26,947 bases of DNA, from the IMG/VR virus record IMGVR_UViG_3300031802_000011, positions 1 to 26,947 of that record, one strand, 5' to 3'. This document shows positions 7,631 to 15,730 of the stretch, in pieces; the stretch's first letter is position 1, and each line of letters opens with the position of its first letter. Both the position numbers and the translations under genes were made by a program. The notes under the pieces were generated by a model. It had not been told where the DNA came from and did not search any database. It was given only the letters and a program-made list of their open reading frames with translations. The stretch is from a virus. Taxonomy: Duplodnaviria > Caudoviricetes.

Positions 7631-10600
7631 TCACGTTACTGAAAGCTAAATTCGCTACCTTCTTAAAACTATTAATATCTTTATTTAAGAGTTTGTTCAT
7701 TTTCTGTTGATTAACAGTATTCACTTTATTATAAACTTGTTGTATAGCAGAAGCGGTATACAAATCTACCATATGTTTCTTGCCACCCAACTTAACGTGA
7801 CTTGCCTGTTTATCTTTTACAATACGATCAATCGTAGCCATTGCATCCACTTTTGCTTCAGAGACTTCTACTTCTTCTTTCTTAGCAGTTGCCTTTTGAC
7901 GTTGATATCGTGCCTCTCTTTCATCGTGTTGTTTCTCACTCTTTCGACGGGCTTCTCTATCAAATTTAGCCTGCTTCTGCCACTCTGTCTCATCTAACTC
8001 TACTTCTTCTTTCTTATAGGCCTTCGCTATCCTTGCAGATCGCTGAGCCATGGCTTTCTTTGAAGGATAGTAAGATACATCATGGGTAACTTTTTTTCTA
8101 TCAGTAGTAGTTCCTTTAGGTCGGTCATCTACTTCTTCTGGATTCATCTTGGCTGTATTCTGGCGAGCTATTTTTTTCGCTGCCACATATTTCTCTCTCT
8201 GTCGTTCTTTTTGTTTCTGCAAGTTCTCTATATCTTTAGGACTATGATCTTCACCAACTTCTACTTCTTCTTTTGATAGTTTATTGACTGCCTTTGTAAT
8301 ACCGCCTTGTCGTCTGACGACCTTACCAGCGTGCTTCTCAACATCCTTGACGGTTTGGCCACCCGGCTTAGTAGTCGATCTTTGCAAAGCCATGGCATGA
8401 TCGACCGCTGAATCTGATGCCTTCTTCACATAAGAACCTAATGTCTTTTTGGAAAGTTCATCAATCGTTGCCTGGATCAACAGATTAGTTTCTTCTACTT
8501 CTTCAGCTTCCATACCTGGGGTTGATTTAGGTACAACTTTAACATTGCCATTAGGCAGTGTAACCAACTTATGAGTCTTGGTATTATACTGAGGTTTGAT
8601 TTTATGTTTTGTACCTACTGATGTGTGCGTTGCAGGGTCGCCAGATGCTTCAGTTTTATTTTCATGCACATCTATATCAGGAAACTTTTTCTTAACTGCT
8701 TCTCGGACTTTGCGGATTTCAGCTTCCGTTCCATGTTGTGCAACTCTAGCTAATGCATTACGAGCATGGGACGCATCAGGAATAGGATATGAACCACCCT
8801 GTTTTCCTTCGGGTCCAGTTCCCTTACCAGGCAATGCAAAGTCTCCCTTCGGAAGATCCTGCCTTTCTTTGTATGAAAGTTTATCATCTCTCATAAAATG
8901 AATCTTATCTACCGTAGCCTGTATCAGCGGATTAATTTCTTCAGCAGTAGAACCTTTAGGAGTTTTCTCTTTTTCTTTAGCCTGTAAGGCTTTAGTAGTA
9001 GCACCCTTAGGTAACTTACGCATGGTCTCTTTATCTTTAAGTTGGTCGTGCCACTTTGACTGTCCCATCTTAGGTTCGATATAATCATTTTCTTCGCCAT
9101 GCATACCCGTGTGACCCTTCTTATGTTTCCAATCCGGATCATCTTTGTCTATCTCACCACGTTCTTTCTTGGCATACTTCTTTTCAATATCGCCTTTCTT
9201 TTTCTTACCTTTATCAGTATCGGATGTAGCATCTCTACTAGCATCTTTTGCACGATAATAAGCTCGAATGGCATCTACTGTACGACGAGTATCTGGAACA
9301 TCAACTTCCTTTTCAGATAACGCTCTCGTTACTGCTTCAACTGTCGAATGCGTTTCTTCAGCAGTAGGATGTTTCTTACTGCGAGTTGCTTCGGCTTCAT
9401 CATCTCGGTCAAGTAGATTTTGTTTCTTCATCTTCTTATGAGCCTTAATAGCTTCCGCAGTAGGATGTTTCTTGCTTCGAGTTGCTTCTGCCTCATCATC
9501 TCGGTCTAAGTCATCTTGTCTCTTTTTTGTTTTTAATTTTCGATTGGGGCCCCACTTCTCACTTAATCTATCAACGGCGGCGGCAAGTAATGGAGACATC
9601 TCTTCCTTTTTCTCTTTCTCACCGGTTTCATCTTTAGCGTGCTTCCAATCTTTGTCTATTTTTTTCATTCTTTTTCGATCCTCTCCAGCATCTGCTCGAT
9701 CCTGTTTGGCCATTTTCTCTCGACCATGTTCTTTATCCCAATCTGCTCTCTTACGATCTTTCCATTGATCTTTATAAAGAGCCGTTGCATGATCGTCCTT
9801 AGGAGTGCTTGCTGCTTCCTCTACGTCACCTTTAATACGACCTCGCAATTCTTTTTTATAATCTGTAGTAGTAATACGATCTACCGTTTCTATATCGTCT
9901 GGACGTTTTACCATCTTGCGTAAACTCGCCTTAACTGAACCTGAACTTGTTCCGTCCATATAGATAGTGGGCAACCCAGCTACTTTTACTTTAAATGTTG
10001 CTTCTTCTAAAGTATCTTCTTCTGTTTCCTCTCCCACGGCTCGTCTTTTCAAACGTGACATTCTTGTGATATGTTGTTTTGTCAAACGATCTTTCATATT
10101 GCTAAAATTCTGTTTTTGAGCTTCAATCGCAGGATCGACTGCATCATCAATGCGGGTAGCCTGTCTTTCTTTTTGTGCTTGAACCGCCTTGGCCCATATA
10201 GCAGCTTGTCTTTCATCTTTTCCTTTTACTCGAACATCAGGTTCTTCACCCGGCGTCATTTCTTTTGCATAATTCGCATAGGCCGCAGTTCCAATTTCAC
10301 GGGCTTCTCGTTTTAATGCTTTATGCATTTTCTTTTGAGCACTAGGCATCCCCTTTAATCTGGCTCCAGGTTTCAGCTGTTGAACTTCTCCACCCTGCTT
10401 CTTAAATTTAGCCAATGATTTATTAAGCTGTGAACCATCTTTAGCTGAATGAATTTCATCAACTTGTCCAACTGGATCTTTATCTTGGTCTTTAGCATCT
10501 TTTTCTTGAGCAAGCCATTCTTTATGATTAATTTCTGGATGCACCGCATCACAATTATGATCTTCTTTAGCCTCAGCTAAAGACCATCCCTGTTGTCGCA

Positions 10601-11276
10601 ACACTTTACCACGAGCACGCCAAATAGCTTTAGCGATAACCTTAACCGTACCATCTTTAACGATCAATCTATGTGTCTTGGTGTCAAAACTAGGTTTAAT
10701 TTTTTGTCTCGATCCTACCTGAGTATGTGTAGCTGGATCATAATCACTAGGATCATGCTTCTCTACTAGTACTTGTTCAACAGCATTTTCAAGACTACCT
10801 TCCTTTGTATTAAGATACTTATTCTTAGGTAAAGTAAGAATTGCTCTTCCTGTGTCAGGATTTATTTGCGGTGTCTCACTATCTACAGCCCTATGCACAG
10901 CTGCCTCAAGACTACCAGGTCTAGTTTCAAGATATTTCTTACTCATAATCGTATCTTCCTTTAATTCGGTTTCTTCCTTTGTAAATGTTGGAATGAAAGG
11001 GTTGCCCTGCATACCAAACATACTTAATTTTTTCTTCAATTCTCTCTCTCGGAGTTTTTCTTGTCGTTCTCTAATTCTCTTTACTGCGGCACGATAATTT
11101 TTTTTTCTACCATCTACTTTATAATCATTCAAATTTGTCAAATTTACCAAATCTAATTTCTTTTTCTTTCTCACCATTACTCTAGGTGATTTACCTAAAA
11201 GAGGATTCCAATTTGCTACACCACTTGTATTATTTGCGGGCGCATCTTCCTTTTTATAATCCTTAAACTTTTTCAT
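7626..11276 (-). CDS. 1216-aa highly charged modular protein, probable internal head protein / polyprotein
   Basis: N-terminus MKKFKDYKKE; K/E-rich with no TM; duplicated modules; recurrent EEVE(L/V)xE and LSE linkers. Contains a DUF6582-like module (LPKGDFALP...YPIPDASHARNALARV, about 8673-8882). Confidence 0.8.
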   Translation of the reverse strand: MKKFKDYKKEDAPANNTSGVANWNPLLGKSPRVMVRKKKKLDLVNLTNLNDYKVDGRKKNYRAAVKRIRERQEKLRERELKKKLSMFGMQGNPFIPTFTKEETELKEDTIMSKKYLETRPGSLEAAVHRAVDSETPQINPDTGRAILTLPKNKYLNTKEGSLENAVEQVLVEKHDPSDYDPATHTQVGSRQKIKPSFDTKTHRLIVKDGTVKVIAKAIWRARGKVLRQQGWSLAEAKEDHNCDAVHPEINHKEWLAQEKDAKDQDKDPVGQVDEIHSAKDGSQLNKSLAKFKKQGGEVQQLKPGARLKGMPSAQKKMHKALKREAREIGTAAYANYAKEMTPGEEPDVRVKGKDERQAAIWAKAVQAQKERQATRIDDAVDPAIEAQKQNFSNMKDRLTKQHITRMSRLKRRAVGEETEEDTLEEATFKVKVAGLPTIYMDGTSSGSVKASLRKMVKRPDDIETVDRITTTDYKKELRGRIKGDVEEAASTPKDDHATALYKDQWKDRKRADWDKEHGREKMAKQDRADAGEDRKRMKKIDKDWKHAKDETGEKEKKEEMSPLLAAAVDRLSEKWGPNRKLKTKKRQDDLDRDDEAEATRSKKHPTAEAIKAHKKMKKQNLLDRDDEAEATRSKKHPTAEETHSTVEAVTRALSEKEVDVPDTRRTVDAIRAYYRAKDASRDATSDTDKGKKKKGDIEKKYAKKERGEIDKDDPDWKHKKGHTGMHGEENDYIEPKMGQSKWHDQLKDKETMRKLPKGATTKALQAKEKEKTPKGSTAEEINPLIQATVDKIHFMRDDKLSYKERQDLPKGDFALPGKGTGPEGKQGGSYPIPDASHARNALARVAQHGTEAEIRKVREAVKKKFPDIDVHENKTEASGDPATHTSVGTKHKIKPQYNTKTHKLVTLPNGNVKVVPKSTPGMEAEEVEETNLLIQATIDELSKKTLGSYVKKASDSAVDHAMALQRSTTKPGGQTVKDVEKHAGKVVRRQGGITKAVNKLSKEEVEVGEDHSPKDIENLQKQKERQREKYVAAKKIARQNTAKMNPEEVDDRPKGTTTDRKKVTHDVSYYPSKKAMAQRSARIAKAYKKEEVELDETEWQKQAKFDREARRKSEKQHDEREARYQRQKATAKKEEVEVSEAKVDAMATIDRIVKDKQASHVKLGGKKHMVDLYTASAIQQVYNKVNTVNQQKMNKLLNKDINSFKKVANLAFSNVK
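9361..9506 (-). repeat. Coding direct repeat, 96-nt period (LDRDDEAEATRSKKHPTAE x2)
   Basis: gcagtaggatgtttctt...tcatcatctcggtc at 9361-9410 and 9457-9506, with synonymous differences. Confidence 0.9.
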
Positions 11277-11896
11277 TTTTCTTCTAAATCTTCAAGTGAT
11301 ACAAAAATTTCTTCCTTAGATTTTTGATGTACCACATTAAAAATGTTCTGTCCTAATATTTCTCCTGTTGGGGAAGTCTCTCCAAAAGCAACAACTATAT
11401 CTCCTTTGCGACCTTTGATCTCTCCTTGATTACCAGCAAAAATATCAACCTTTAATCTATAAGAACCCTTAGGTAAAGTTTCTCCTATTCCCAATACTTC
11501 TTCGGCTAGTTCTTCCTCAGTAACATAATTATTTCCCACAAGCCATTTCTTAAATGCTCGCTCTATCATCTCCTCATCGTCTACTTGCCCAGCAAAATGT
11601 TGTTTAAGTAGAAAGAGAGCTGTTGCATAGGTACCTATCTTAGTTCTAACTCCTGGAATTTTATGCAATATTCTTTTAAGATTAAAAATTAATCTATGCA
11701 GGAGGGTGAACGATTGTTTTTCTTCTGTGGTTGTGAGGGTGTTCGCCTTTCGTAAGAGTTTACCATCCTTATCTATGATGCCTAGTTTGTAAGCAGGCTG
11801 GTCTTCCCACGGTGTAGTTAAAATTCTTAAAAACCTGTAAGCAACAAACAGGTCAATTGCTACACCTTCACCTAAATATTCTCTATTGTTTCCCAT
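11273..11896 (-). CDS. Conserved T4-like phage hypothetical protein
   Basis: IDLFVAYRFLRILTTPWEDQPAYKLGIIDKDGK...LHRLIFNLKRIL motif, which I recognise from T4-like phages. ATGA-coupled to the 1216-aa gene. Confidence 0.8.
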   Translation of the reverse strand: MGNNREYLGEGVAIDLFVAYRFLRILTTPWEDQPAYKLGIIDKDGKLLRKANTLTTTEEKQSFTLLHRLIFNLKRILHKIPGVRTKIGTYATALFLLKQHFAGQVDDEEMIERAFKKWLVGNNYVTEEELAEEVLGIGETLPKGSYRLKVDIFAGNQGEIKGRKGDIVVAFGETSPTGEILGQNIFNVVHQKSKEEIFVSLEDLEEK

Positions 11897-12234
11897 ACAA
11901 ATTTATCTATTGGTATCTCTTCCATCTCTGTTGGTCGTAACATTTGTAACTTTTTCAAAAAAACTATTAATGTTGGCCAATAAGGCTGTTCTATTTTAAA
12001 CAATAATAATGTACTTGCAGCTTCTACCCCGAACACATTTTGCAAAATAATAATATGATTTAATATCAGCCGTTCTTTTAAAACGCCCGATTCATAATAT
12101 TTTTTAAAGAGTCGTTTCAGATATTTAAATCTCTTTATATCTTCTTCAAACTCCCTTTCACCATCCACATGGGGATTTTCATAATGACGCCAGGCGAACT
12201 GTTGCCAATTCTCCTGGGTAATTCGCTCAAACAT
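11872..12234 (-). CDS. Conserved T4-like phage hypothetical protein
   Basis: HYENP....EFEEDIKRFKYLKRLF......LKERLILNHIIILQNVFG motif typical of marine T4-like phages. Confidence 0.8.
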   Translation of the reverse strand: MFERITQENWQQFAWRHYENPHVDGEREFEEDIKRFKYLKRLFKKYYESGVLKERLILNHIIILQNVFGVEAASTLLLFKIEQPYWPTLIVFLKKLQMLRPTEMEEIPIDKFVWETIENI

Positions 12235-12238
12235 TAAA

Positions 12239-12676
12239 TCATACTATCTTTGCATATACTTTGGTACTTCCTGTAGGAAGAGTTTCAAACTCCATTCGCA
12301 AACTCAGGCCTGCGCCGTCAAGTCGATTAGTTATTCCATCATCATTTACAAACTCATCATATGGAGTATCTAAATCTTTACCAAATCTACCACCCCACTG
12401 TGACAATGGAACTGTAACATCTCCTTTTCCTTCAGGAAAATCTACTTTTGGAAATTGTAGTCCTAGTCTCATCAAAAAATTTCTTAACTGATGTACAGCC
12501 GATTCGGGAATAAGATATTCACGATCAGCAATAGAACCTACAAAAGCATTAATCCTTTTTAATACTACTGGATTAGTTACATCAAACGGATCAAATTCGT
12601 TATGTGTAACGGGTTCTTGATTCCAAATACCTGTAGCTCCTGTTACCTCTGTAATGTATTGTTTAAAATTTTTCAT
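12239..12676 (-). CDS. Hypothetical protein with capsid-targeting-like N-terminus
   Basis: Starts MKNFKQYITE; contains QWGGRFGKD. Confidence 0.75.
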   Translation of the reverse strand: MKNFKQYITEVTGATGIWNQEPVTHNEFDPFDVTNPVVLKRINAFVGSIADREYLIPESAVHQLRNFLMRLGLQFPKVDFPEGKGDVTVPLSQWGGRFGKDLDTPYDEFVNDDGITNRLDGAGLSLRMEFETLPTGSTKVYAKIV

Positions 12677-12691
12677 TTTTATTTTCTCGGT

Positions 12692-12874
12692 TTATTCTTC
12701 TTCTATTGTATCAAGAAAATTATCACACTGTTGTAAAGCACCGTGCAGAGCATACAGACGAGCTCGTAATTGTTCTTGCTGTTCTGTATACTCTGTTAGT
12801 GTTCTCTCCACATTGCGTATATCGTTTTGAATTGCTGTTTTTCTTTCCTCAATAGCATCTTTATCAATTGACAT
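12692..12874 (-). CDS. Small coiled-coil protein
   Basis: MSIDKDAIEERK...ALHGALQQCDNFL. ATG 12874 preferred over 12892 because of a GGGGAG SD. Confidence 0.7.
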   Translation of the reverse strand: MSIDKDAIEERKTAIQNDIRNVERTLTEYTEQQEQLRARLYALHGALQQCDNFLDTIEEE

Positions 12875-12906
12875 AATAAAATTACTCCCCATTCAATTAT
12901 ATAAAA

Positions 12907-13362
12907 TTAAGCAACAGTTGCACCTCGCACCGAAAGAACATGCCATAATGAATTGGTATACATTAATGCAACATTCTGTCCGATTGCTGAGAACAATATT
13001 GTAGTATAGTCGCCGGCACTGTTTGTTGGTGTTAAGGTTGCGTCTCCACCATCTGCCACAAAAACTACCCACTTAATTTGACCTTCTGTACCAGCAGCCA
13101 TTGTTACACCGGTGTCAGCTGAGGTACTGGTTAAATGTGTAATCGCTGTAGTTACGTTTACAGCACCACCCGAACCCGACACACTTAGGGCCTGTGGTGT
13201 TTGTGCAATACCCAACCACGAAGGTAAGTAATTCAAAAAATTAGATACAACCATTTTCTTATTAACAGGTGTACCTGCCGGATTATCAATCACATGGAAC
13301 AAGTCTGCCGCAGCAATTGCTGTTCCTATATCAGTTAAAGCCGTAATTTTCTTATCAGCCAT
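12907..13362 (-). CDS. Putative virion structural / fibre-like protein
   Basis: [11 protein letters not shown]...DLFHVID.P..TPVNKK N-terminus; A/G/T-rich beta C-terminal domain; SD AGGAG. Confidence 0.6.
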   Translation of the reverse strand: MADKKITALTDIGTAIAAADLFHVIDNPAGTPVNKKMVVSNFLNYLPSWLGIAQTPQALSVSGSGGAVNVTTAITHLTSTSADTGVTMAAGTEGQIKWVVFVADGGDATLTPTNSAGDYTTILFSAIGQNVALMYTNSLWHVLSVRGATVA

Positions 13363-13435
13363 TTTTCTTTTCTCCTATTTAAACCCTTTCAGGAATTCTA
13401 CTCCATGCATCTACATGGATCAATTTAAATTTTTA

Positions 13436-14044
13436 TTATGCTACTACAAGTATACTACCAGCTGCATTACCAAGTGCCGCTGTGGTTGTAATGGTAGCTG
13501 CTTCATCATCTGAAACTGCCTTGATTGTACTAGCACCAACCTGAGTCAAAACATTGGCCGCATTTATGTGTAATACATCATCTGCATTATGTGTTCCTGA
13601 ACCAGCAGCAACCACCAAACTAAAAGTCAACTCCTCAGTAGTAGTGCCTCCAGTATAAAGTAGTACATCTGGTCCGCGACCCGCACCAGCACCTTCGTTT
13701 CCGTTAGTAACTGTTATTTTTGGGACGCCTGTAACTTTTACAGCCTGACTAAAATGTGCGATAATTGTAAGAGTACCACCAGCTGATTTATCAAGTTGAT
13801 CGCCCACGGGTGATGTCCAAGTAAAACCAGAAATTAATGGTGTTAGTCTTGCCGCTAGGTTACGAATCGCTACTAGAACTTCAGGTGTTGTAAGGGGATT
13901 ATCGTTCCCATAATATTTGTATGAATCTGAATCTTGTACCCGCACCCAGCCTGAAGATGTTGCGGTTACATTTAATTTTTGTGCGTCACTGAAAGGCCGT
14001 GCCCCTGTGGTATACGGCTTATGTGCGCTTGACGGATCTGACAT
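13436..14044 (-). CDS. Putative virion structural protein with Ig-like C-terminal domain
   Basis: GWVRV...EVLVAI motif followed by an A/G/T-rich beta domain (FSQAVKVTGVPKITV...YTGGTTTEELTFS). Perfect late promoter and SD GAGG upstream. Confidence 0.6.
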   Translation of the reverse strand: MSDPSSAHKPYTTGARPFSDAQKLNVTATSSGWVRVQDSDSYKYYGNDNPLTTPEVLVAIRNLAARLTPLISGFTWTSPVGDQLDKSAGGTLTIIAHFSQAVKVTGVPKITVTNGNEGAGAGRGPDVLLYTGGTTTEELTFSLVVAAGSGTHNADDVLHINAANVLTQVGASTIKAVSDDEAATITTTAALGNAAGSILVVA

Positions 14045-14112
14045 TATTCTTTCCTCTCTTTTCAGTTTAGAACATCACCTACTCGGCATAATATATTCGT
14101 TATTCTTTTTAT

Positions 14113-14120
14113 TATTTATA
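14113..14120 (-). promoter_or_regulatory. T4-type late promoter TATAAATA
   Basis: Perfect consensus (tatttata on +) in the intergenic region upstream of the structural-like genes. Confidence 0.75.
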
Positions 14121-14135
14121 ATAATTCAAACTTCT

Positions 14136-14981
14136 TTAAACAGATAATCGTTTTGGCCATTTTCCAGATTTAACTAGATCATTAATCACCACTTGTAATC
14201 CTTTATCACTAACATGACGATGGGTACTAGCTGATCGGTGCAATGCCATTCCAGATTTCTCACCTCGTTCTCGTTGAAGTTTATACATTTTAAGAGCAGC
14301 TATATATTCCTTCTTAAAAATCTTCTTACTACTAAATTCTTGAGCCTTCGCCAACAGAGAGGCTTCGTCTATTTCCATCCATTCTCTTAAAGATTTAACT
14401 GACATTTTTTGCTGTAACTCTTTAAATAATTTTTTACCACCTCTAAACCCTACAGGCAAACCTTTTTGAAATGATTTATAATCGTTATCTTGTGCGGCCT
14501 TTCGCATCTTTGATGCAGACATGCCCGATATCCCTTCTGCATCTGGGTCACGTTCACCTGCACTCGCTACATTAATCTTATCAAACTTATAAAACCCATG
14601 ACGTGCCTGTTTACCATTGTAATCATCTAATAATTTCTGAAACTCTCTAACACGATCTGAACCTACGACCATAGTAAGATTCTTAAATCCCTCATCGTGG
14701 AGTTTAACAGCAACATCTATTGCAGTTCTAGCGTCATCACTTTTAATATTTCGTGAATGATTACGAAACATACTTTTCATATATTTAATTTTTGTTTGAT
14801 AATCTAAAGGATTCTTACTAGAATCTTGAGAATGGGATGCATAGACACGGTAATTTCTACCACCAATTTTTTTAGTAGCATCTATTAATTTTTCATGCCC
14901 GGTAGTAGGTGGGTTAAAGCGTCCAAAAGTAAATGTTATATCATCTCCTCGAGCTTCAACTAATTTTAAATGTGTTTTCAC
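14136..14981 (-). CDS. Cytidyltransferase-like (HxGH superfamily) nucleotidyltransferase
   Basis: TFTFGRFNPPTTGHEKL, KNPL, MVVGSDRV, SAGERDPDAEGISGMSASKMR. Confidence 0.9.
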   Translation of the reverse strand: MKTHLKLVEARGDDITFTFGRFNPPTTGHEKLIDATKKIGGRNYRVYASHSQDSSKNPLDYQTKIKYMKSMFRNHSRNIKSDDARTAIDVAVKLHDEGFKNLTMVVGSDRVREFQKLLDDYNGKQARHGFYKFDKINVASAGERDPDAEGISGMSASKMRKAAQDNDYKSFQKGLPVGFRGGKKLFKELQQKMSVKSLREWMEIDEASLLAKAQEFSSKKIFKKEYIAALKMYKLQRERGEKSGMALHRSASTHRHVSDKGLQVVINDLVKSGKWPKRLSV

Positions 14982-15259
14982 TGTGAATCATTATCCCAAC
15001 GTGTCATCATCAATCGAATTTCTTGAACAATATTTTTTATTTCTTTATTGTCCACTTTGATATCAGTAATATCTTTAATAATCTCAGTTTGTTGTACTTG
15101 AACAATAGCAATATGCTTTTCGTTAGTAACAACCTGTTCAATTTTAACCGAATTTTGTTCTACTTGTTGGTCAGTACCTGATGCCCACCATACAGCAGCT
15201 GTTGCCTGTGCGATTACTGCGACCCATATTGTGGGAATAGACCATCCATTTAACAACAT
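14978..15259 (-). CDS. Small membrane protein with coiled coil
   Basis: Hydrophobic IPTIWVAVIAQATAAVWWAS followed by a heptad pattern; SD AAGGA. Confidence 0.7.
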   Translation of the reverse strand: MLLNGWSIPTIWVAVIAQATAAVWWASGTDQQVEQNSVKIEQVVTNEKHIAIVQVQQTEIIKDITDIKVDNKEIKNIVQEIRLMMTRWDNDSQ

Positions 15260-15271
15260 AATATTTTTCCT

Positions 15272-15634
15272 TTATGACTTTGTTTGATAAATTTTTGCGA
15301 TTCGCTCCGATTCCTTTTTTCTTAATTGGGGAATCATTTTCTTAGCTATTTTATTAATCAAAGCTTGTTTTTTCTGAACGATTCTTTTATCCAACATCAT
15401 TCTTTGCTGTAATGAAAGCTCAGTATAATCAGCTTGTCCTGAAAATTTCTTGATTATAGCCATTTTTGCTTTCTTGCGAGCCCTCTTTTGTAATTTAGAT
15501 ATCCCTGCTCTCTTTCTTAATGCCCGTTTCTTTTTCATTTTAATATCTGAACGCTTTGCCAACCTCGACATTCTACGAGCCATCTTTCGTCGCCCAGCAA
15601 TATCTAGCGCTTCATATTGTAAATAACTAATCAT
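15272..15634 (-). CDS. Very basic (K/R-rich) hypothetical protein, possibly nucleic-acid binding
   Basis: MISYLQYE followed by RRKMARRMSRLAKR...KLQKRARKKAK. Confidence 0.75.
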   Translation of the reverse strand: MISYLQYEALDIAGRRKMARRMSRLAKRSDIKMKKKRALRKRAGISKLQKRARKKAKMAIIKKFSGQADYTELSLQQRMMLDKRIVQKKQALINKIAKKMIPQLRKKESERIAKIYQTKS

Positions 15635-15726
15635 TTTTCATCACACCCACACGGTTCATCAACTGTACAATAACACGGATCACAAATACAATTATCACAT
15701 GGACATTCTGGATTTTTACACATCAT
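15631..15726 (-). CDS. Metallothionein-like Cys-rich peptide (31 aa, 9 Cys)
   Basis: Hand translation MMCKNPECPCDNCICDPCYCTVDEPCGCDEK*. SD AGAGGA upstream; stop overlaps the next start (ATGA); fills the gap between its neighbours. Confidence 0.75.
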   Translation of the reverse strand: MMCKNPECPCDNCICDPCYCTVDEPCGCDEK

Positions 15727-15730
15727 TTTC

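Noticed and set aside
9300-9610. Repeats as a possible CRISPR or mini-array
   Set aside because: Only two copies, in frame, with synonymous divergence: a coding repeat.
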